From: Halomicronema hongdechloris C2206
GTDB lineage: Bacteria; Cyanobacteriota; Cyanobacteriia; Phormidesmidales; Phormidesmidaceae
Assembly (NCBI RefSeq): GCF_002075285.3
Contig: NZ_CP021983.2
Coordinates: forward strand, 4,950,001-4,982,000
Length of the DNA stretch: 32,000 bases
Reading direction: 5' to 3'
Below are positions 1 to 6,600 of the stretch, in pieces (positions within the stretch are counted from its first letter, which is position 1; each line of letters opens with the position of its first letter). The notes under the pieces were generated by a model, which had not been told where the DNA came from, ran no database searches, and saw only the letters and a program-made list of their open reading frames with translations. Both the position numbers and the translations under genes were made by a program.

Positions 1-724
1 GCACTACCCAAATCCCCCAGCCGGCCTGCAAGAAGCCATTGATGCAGTTGATTTGGCGTTTATTCAAAGTGATTTGCCGAAGTTACTGCAATCTATGCAG
101 GTGGGCTCTGATCGCATCAATGAGATTGTCCGCTCCCTGCGAACGTTTTCCCGCCTGGAAGAGGGGGACTTTAAGCCTGCTGACATCCACGACGGGATTG
201 ACAGCACGCTGATGATTTTGAAGCATCGCCTGAAGATGGCCACTGGCAACGGCATCCAGGTGGTCAAACACTACGCTCCCCTAGATCCTATCGATTGCCG
301 CCTGGGGCAACTGAATCAGGTGTTCATGAATATTCTCACCAATGCCATCGACGCCTTGCAGGACCAAGAGGCGGCGCCGTCGAGCCCGTCTCAGCAGCCT
401 CCCACCATTGAGATTCGCACCCGATCCCTGTCTCCCGACTGGATCGCTATTCATATTTTCAACAACGGCCCCAGTATCGACACCGAGATTCACTCCAAGC
501 TGTTCGATCCTTTCTTCACCACGAAATCGGTTGGGCAAGGGACCGGCCTGGGGCTCTCCATTAGCTACCAAATCGTGACTGAGCATCACCGGGGGCGCCT
601 CTATTGCCATTCCAAGGCTAATTGGGGAACCGAATTCATCCTCGAGTTGCCCACCCATCATCCCGACGAGACCATGCCGGACTTGGCGGCAGCAGATCGC
701 TGAGCGGCCTCGACCCAGGGCTGG
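1..724. repeat. Copy A of a ~720-bp near-identical direct duplication (partner 12280..13003)
   Basis: Hand alignment at offset 12279. Coding mismatches occur only at 369 (A vs G, Glu/Gly) and 699 (G vs A, Arg/His). There are 2 more mismatches in the 21 nt after the stop codon, and similarity is lost after ~724/13003. The left limit is unknown because copy A runs off the window. Confidence 0.95.
2..703 (+). CDS. Sensor histidine kinase, C-terminal portion (5' end lies outside the window)
   Basis: The frame of ORF 53..703 stays open back to the window edge. The translation shows N-box NILTNAIDAL, G1 FDPFFTTK and G2 GTGLGLSISYQIV of an HATPase_c domain. Nucleotides 1..703 match 12280..12982 with 2 mismatches. 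Confidence 0.85.
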   Translation, partial: HYPNPPAGLQEAIDAVDLAFIQSDLPKLLQSMQVGSDRINEIVRSLRTFSRLEEGDFKPADIHDGIDSTLMILKHRLKMATGNGIQVVKHYAPLDPIDCRLGQLNQVFMNILTNAIDALQDQEAAPSSPSQQPPTIEIRTRSLSPDWIAIHIFNNGPSIDTEIHSKLFDPFFTTKSVGQGTGLGLSISYQIVTEHHRGRLYCHSKANWGTEFILELPTHHPDETMPDLAAADR

Positions 725-900
725 GATACTGGCTATGGGGCTAGCCGGCTGGTCTGCAACGGCGCCCAGCTTGGTGGCGGCTATAGAAGGCAGAAGGCGA
801 TTGTCTGGGATTGATAAAGTACCGAAAAATTATCGAGTCGCTGTTGGTGAAGGGCTGAGCATTCTGAGACTGACCATATCTTAGTCGTGAGGTATATCCC

Positions 901-1374
901 ATGGTCACGAATAGAGTAAGCGCCACCTTAGACTCCAGCGAGCTACAGACGATGATGGCTGCGATCGCAACCATTCCAGAGAAGCTGTCATTCTTTGCCG
1001 GGCTGACGCCAGAGGAGCGCAAGTCCCTGCTCAAGATGGCCGATACCAATGAAGCCTTTGCCCGCCGCGCCCTGGAAGTGGCCACCCAGACCCCAGATTT
1101 TCTGCCCTGCTCCTTTGACCTGGAAGAGATGCAGCGAGACCTGACCCTGTTTACCTCGCTGCAGCCGGTGATTCTAGCCGTAACCCAACTGCAGGAGATG
1201 CTGACGTATACGGCCACAGCCGCAGGCAACGAGGCCTACACGGCCGCCTTGGAGGTGTATCGCTACGCCAAGGCCAATGGCACCATGGCCGGCCTGGATG
1301 ATCTAGTGGAGAAGCTGGGGGAATGGTTCACCAAGCGGGCCAACCCCAAAGGCAGCCAGCCGGTCACCGAATAA
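901..1374 (+). CDS. Hypothetical protein (helical, Ala/Leu/Glu-rich; no motif I can name)
   Basis: 157-aa ATG-initiated ORF with coding-like composition. The longer antisense ORF 741..1229 is Arg/Ser-rich and looks like a shadow frame. Confidence 0.6.
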   Translation: MVTNRVSATLDSSELQTMMAAIATIPEKLSFFAGLTPEERKSLLKMADTNEAFARRALEVATQTPDFLPCSFDLEEMQRDLTLFTSLQPVILAVTQLQEMLTYTATAAGNEAYTAALEVYRYAKANGTMAGLDDLVEKLGEWFTKRANPKGSQPVTE

Positions 1375-1419
1375 TCCCAGCCCCGGCTGAAGTTACGTTT
1401 CTACAGCGTTATCGATCAC

Positions 1420-1600
1420 AGTTCGGGTCGCACTGCGTTTGCCCGGAATGACAGGACTTATTTTCGCGGTTAGTTTGCTGTCTAAGAAGACCCCATTACC
1501 GTCATTCCCGCGGCGGCGGGAATCCAGAGAACCAACCTCGGCATCGACCCAGAGGGCTCTGCCCGGATTCCAAGCCTACCCGCAATAACCGTACTGCCAG
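1420..1600. repeat. Dispersed hairpin-repeat module (GTCATTCCCGC-loop-GCGGGAATCC type)
   Basis: 1433..1545 equals the reverse complement of 23233..23345 with 4 mismatches in 113 nt. It contains a perfect 8-bp stem, ATTCCCGC (1504..1511) / GCGGGAAT (1516..1523). Weaker similarity to the partner continues on both sides. Confidence 0.9.
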
Positions 1601-1602
1601 TC

Positions 1603-1850
1603 CACCCTTCTGCTGCTCCCGACCACCTTTGTGCTGCTCCCGCTCACCCTGGTGGTGCATCAGAGCACCCTTTTGCTGCTCTCGACCACCCTGATGATGC
1701 TCCCGATCGCCTTCGTGGTGCTCCCGACCACCCTGGTTGGTGCACCCACTCACCTTTTTCGTGTATCCGACCACCCTGGTGGTGCACCCGAGCACCTTTT
1801 TGCTGCTCCTGACCACCTCTTTGGTGCATCCACCCACCTCTGTCGTGGAC
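1603..1850. repeat. 21-nt minisatellite, ~11.8 units, with alternating A/B subtypes (42-nt higher-order period)
   Basis: Unit boundaries read off at 1603, 1624, 1645, 1666, 1687, 1708, 1729, 1751, 1772, 1793, 1814 and 1835. Type A is roughly CACCCTTTTGCTGCTCCCGAC and type B roughly CACCCTGGTGGTGCACCCGAG. The last unit is cut by the IS630 end at 1851. About 5 units occur in reverse complement at 23061..23163. Confidence 0.9.
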
Positions 1851-3143
1851 TAGTACCCGATGACAGAAGTAAGCGAGCTATTTATGCGGTGAGAGGCTTG
1901 CCTGTATAGTTCCACTTGAAGGGCTTGGCCATCGTGCGATTGAAGTAATCAACAAAGTCCAAAATCTTGGCCCTGAGTTCAGCTTGACTCTTAAAACTGG
2001 AGCGTCGGAGCAACTTCCGCACCAAAATACTAAACCAAATTCCAATTTGATTGAGCCAGGAACAATGCTTCGGGGTGAAATGCACCACCAGACGATGTGC
2101 CGCGTTGGTCAAGAACGCGGCACGGGTCGCCATCGATTGCAGAATGCCGGACTTGCCTTTGACGCCTAATGCCAGGGGTTCAGGTTCGAGCTCAGCCGCC
2201 AAACGCACCAGGGACTCGGACTGGTGTGTGTTGAGACAGTCCATGACCAAGTGAATTTTGGGTGCCTCCGGGGACTGCGCGAGCAAGGCTCTCAGATGAG
2301 TGTCTAAATCCTGCTCAGTGCGGGTATCGCCCACCGTTGCCTGGTCGATGCGTCCGGTGGCCACATTCAAGGAGGCAATGAGAGCTTGGGTGCCATGGCG
2401 AATGTATTCAAATTCGACTCGAACACAGCGCCCCGGCTTCATGGCAATATCCGGCATCGTTCGCTCCAGGGCTTGAATCCCAGTCATTTCATCGAGACTA
2501 ACGGTCAACTCACCCTGCTCGGCTGGTGCGGCCGCTTGTTGATAAACCTCACAGATGTCTTCAACTTTGGCTTTGAACGCTGGGTCGGGAGGGGATTTAA
2601 CCAGTAGCGGCTCTGGTGCGGTTTGAGTTCGGCTTCCGCCAAGAGGCGACCCACATGTCGCACACTGATGCTATCGACGATCTGTTGCTGGATTAATTCA
2701 TCGGCCAGTTCTTGGGGCGTCCATTGACTAATCGGACGGCCATATTGCTCCGGTGGCGAACAGGCCAAAGCATACAGTTCGGTGATTTGCTCCAGTGTAA
2801 AGGTGGGTGGCGTCCCGGAGCGATAGGCATCTTGCAACCGCTCGGCGACGGGCACCTCGCGGGAACTGAGTGACAATCAGCGCGTTCGCCAGCACCGACT
2901 CATCGCTTTGCCAATGCCTAAGTCACGGGCAATCGCACCGTGGCTGTCGCCCTGAGCCGCTCGCAGGATGATTTTCGCCCGCAAAGCGATTTACTGAGGG
3001 GTGCTGGGACGCTTCGCGAGCTGCTTTAACTCATGAAGTTCCGACTCGCTCAAGGTGATGGATGGGGCGGGTAGACGGGGCATAACTGGGATGTCCTGAG
3101 AGGGGTTCCTAAAGGATACTCCCATTTCTGCCATTCAGTACTA
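1851..3143 (-). mobile_element. IS630-family insertion sequence, decayed
   Basis: The transposase reading frames are of IS630 type. The imperfect terminal inverted repeats are GTACCCGATGACAGAAGT (left, from 1853) and the reverse complement of TTCTGCCATTCAGTAC (right, ending 3141), about 14/21 matching. Both ends are flanked by TA (1851-1852 and 3142-3143), as expected for the TA target duplication of this family. Confidence 0.8.
1882..3083 (-). pseudogene. IS630-family transposase, disrupted by two in-frame stops and one frameshift
   Basis: From ATG 3083..3081 the HTH-like N-terminus MPRLPAPSITLSESELHELKQLAKRPSTPQ runs into TAA at 2993..2991 and then TGA at 2879..2877. ORF 2876..2505 (..KPHQSRYWLN) needs a frameshift near 2585-2595 to continue as PDPAFKAKVEDICEVYQQAAAPAEQGELTVSLDEMTG, which is ORF 2508..1882. 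The catalytic-core motifs LVMDCLNTHQS and HCSWLNQIGIWFSIL are present. From memory, the G in WLNQIG sits where I would expect a catalytic E. Confidence 0.8.
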
Positions 3144-3438
3144 GCAGCAGATGAACTGTGAGACAGTGTTTTGAACAGAGCTCTTGCACCAGTCCGTTTA
3201 TATCCTGCCTTAGCCTCGTTCGGCTGAGCTCACGTCGACGCCTAAATCCCCTGCAAGATGTGAGTTGAAGTGAGAATGATGACCCGCGAGGTGAGTTGTG
3301 CCGCGCCGGATTGCGATCGCTCAACCGATGAACAATCACTGCGTCCGTTCCGTTCTATTTGCTGGCGTGAGGCAGATCACCACCTTGACTACGAATTCTG
3401 TACTAAGTTTAGATCTTAATTTCATGTGTTCTCGGTAT

Positions 3439-3538
3439 TCCTTTGGCGGGGTATTGGGATGAGGGTATTCCGGACAATTCAGCATACCTCAGTCCTGACT
3501 TCTGTCTAATCAATCAGCTACAGGTAGACTTGTCAACT
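3439..3538. repeat. Conserved ~95-nt non-coding element, copy 1 (partner 11408..11501)
   Basis: Hand alignment gives shared blocks TTGG.(A/G)GGG.ATTGGGAT, ATACCT(C/T)AGTCCTG, CTGTC, TCAAT.AGCTACAG and TTGTCAACT in the same order and orientation. I estimate roughly 75-80% identity. Confidence 0.7.
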
Positions 3539-3656
3539 ACGTGAAAATCACTCACAGCAAGCCCTCCAGGGAGAAGAATTAGCACAAGATCGCTAACCCC
3601 TTGTGAAACTATTTAAGATTCCCTTTACCAATCAGTTCTCAGCAAGGCTACCTAAC

Positions 3657-6600
3657 ATGTTAGACACCCTACTGTTGATTCCCCACGGGCACTGCTATCT
3701 TTGGAAACCCAATCTAGTCGGATTACATGTGGTTTCAGATGCGCTGATTGGCATCGCCTACTACTCCATTCCCTTGACCTTGCTCTATTTTGTTCAGAAG
3801 CGCAAGGATGTTCCGTTTGACTGGATTTTCTTACTGTTTTCCGCGTTTATTGCGTTTTGCGGCACCACCCACTTAATGTCCATTTGGACACTGTGGCATC
3901 CGGCTTATTGGGTCTCGGGCACCATCAAAGCACTCACGGCAGCGATTTCGGTCTACACCGCGATTCAACTCATTCCGATTGTCCCCAAAGCGCTCGATTT
4001 GCCCAGTCCAGCCCAGCTAGAAGCGATCAACCATCAGCTTCAGCAGCACGTTGCTAAGCGTGAGCAGGCAGAACGACATCTGCGCCAGTTGTCTGCTCGC
4101 CTGAATCTGGCAGTGAAGTCTGCGGCTATCGGCATTTGGGATTGGGACATGACCCAAGACATCCTCACCTGGGATAAACGGATGTATGAGCTCTATGGCC
4201 TCATCCCCGAGTGTTTTACCCCTGCCTATGGAGCATGGTCGAGCTGTTTGCATCCCGACGATCGCAGGGCAGCAGAAATGGCTGCTCAGCAAGCCCTGCA
4301 AGGCGAGAAAGACTTTGACCAAGACTTTCGAGTGGTTCATCCCGATGGCAGCATCCACTACATCAAAGCCAATGCGCTGGTGCAGCGCGATCCCCACGGT
4401 GACCCTCAACGGATGATCGGGGTTAGCTATGACATTACTGATCGCAAGCAGGCTGAGCAACAACTCCAGCAACTCAATCAAGCGCTAGAAGCCAAAGTCG
4501 AAGAGCGCACCCGAGAACTGCAAGCCCTGGCCAGACGGGAGCAATTGAGTGCCAACATCGCCACTCAGATCCGATCATCGCTAGATTTACAGGTGATTCT
4601 GGAGACGGCGGTGCGGGAGATTCGATCGCTGCTACAGTGCGCTCGCGTGAATATCTGGCGATTTGACGCCGATGGGCAAACCATGGTCGTGGCCGAGTCC
4701 ACCGACTCCTCCCTGTCGCTGGTGGGGGAACGGGTCAACGACACCTGCCTGCAAGACTACACCGCACTTTATCGCCAGGGGCGGGTGCGCATCGTGCCGG
4801 ATATCTACACTACCGACATGTCAGCCTGTCACCGGGAGCTACTGATCCGCTCCCAGATACGCGCCAAAATCTTGGTGCCGCTGCTGTGTGGGGATGAGTT
4901 GTGGGGCTTGCTCCATGTCAGCGAGAGCCAACACCCCCGCGACTGGCAACCGGAAGAAGTGGAGCTGCTGCAGGCGTTATCGGTGCAACTGGGGATCGCC
5001 CTTCAACAGGCCACCATCCATCAGCAATTACAGGCGGAACTGAACGAGCGACAGCAAACGGAAGCTCGCCTGCGAGCCAGTGAACAACGTTATATCACCC
5101 TGGCAGCAGCGGTTCCCGTGGGGATTTATCGCACCGACGCGGCGGGTAACTGCCTCTACGTCAACGATCGCTTGGGTCAGATCACGGGGCTCGCCCCAGA
5201 AGCGACAATGGGACAGGGATGGCGGCAAGGACTGCACCCGGATGATCGGGACCGGGTCGTGACTGAATGGTATCAATCTGCCCAGGAAAATCGTCCCTTC
5301 CAGCTCGAATATCGGTTTCAACACCCTGACGGGACGGTGAGGTGGGTCTATGGACAATCCGTCGCCGAGTGGGATGCCGATGGGCAAGTGATTGGCTATG
5401 TCGGCACCATCACGGATATCAGCGAGAGAAAGCGGCTGGAAGCCGAACGCAAACAGGTCGAAGCCGAGCGCCTGCAAGCTAAGCAGACTCGTAAAGAGTT
5501 AACGTTACTGGAGCAGATTCTGGACATCATTCTCGCGGGCTATTGGGATTGGGATATTCCCGGCAATCAAGAATACCTTAGCCTTGGCTTCAAACAAATG
5601 TTTGGCTACGCCGATCACGAACTGCCCAACACCCCTGAAACCTGGCAAAATCTAATCTTTCCACAAGATTTACCCGGGGTATTGGAGTGTTTCAACCGCC
5701 ATGTCCAGAGCCGAGGGGAAGTGCCCTACGTCAACGAAGTCCGCTATCGCCATAAAGATGGATCGACGGTCTGGGTGATCTGCTCCAGTAAGGTGATTGA
5801 GTGGGATGAGGCGGGTAACCCGCTGCGGATGATTGGCTGTCACATTGATATTAGCGATCGCAAACGGGCAGAAGCCGCCCTGATTAGCAGTGAAGCCCGA
5901 CTACAATACCTGGTCTCCTCCAGCCCCGTCGTCATTTTTAGCTGCAAACCCAATGGCGACTATGGGGCCACCTTTATCAGCGAAAACGTCGAAGCGTTAT
6001 TGGGCTGGAATGCTCAGGATTTTCTGGCAGACTCTGAATTTTGGCTCAACCATCTCCATCCCGACGATGCTGAGCGGGTTCTGGCCGGGCTGGCAAATTT
6101 ATTCACCGGTGACTTTTATGCGCACGAGTACCGCCTCCGTAAAGGCGATGATACCTACTGTTGGTGCCTGGCCCAGTTACGGTTGATTCGCGATCAGGCC
6201 GGTAACCCCCTCGAGATGCTGGGATATTTGATTGATATTAGCGATCGCAAACACACCGAAGCAGCCCTGCGGGACAGCGAAGCCCGACTGCAACTGATTA
6301 CCGACTCTATTCCGGGCTGCATTTCCTACACGGATGCCTCCCAGCACTATCGGTTTGTCAACCACACCTATGAAGAGTGGTTTGGCTGTCGGAAGGAAGA
6401 TATCCTGGAGCGCAGCATTGCCGAGGTGCTTGGCGCTGAAGCGTACCAGCGTGCCCGACAGCATATTGAGCGTGTGCTGTCTGGCGAAACCGTGACCTAT
6501 GAAAACGAGTTGCCCTATCAGGGGAGACAACCCCGCTATGTCTCTGGGAAATTGGTGCCAGAGATTGACTCACAGGGCCGGGTTCACGGCTACTATGCGC

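Noticed and set aside
741-1229. 162-aa minus-strand ORF overlapping 901..1374
   Set aside because: It has an Arg/Ser/Cys-rich shadow-frame composition and lies antisense to a better-looking ORF with an ATG start.
1502-1909. ORFs 1502..1837 (-) and 1631..1909 (+), including a GGREQQK-like heptad-repeat translation
   Set aside because: They are translations of the 21-nt minisatellite and hairpin module. The same DNA occurs inverted in another intergenic region with a different unit number, and there is no credible start context.
3109-3339. 76-aa minus-strand ORF next to the IS630 right end
   Set aside because: It overlaps the IS terminal repeat, has Arg-rich low-quality composition, and has no recognisable motif or start context.
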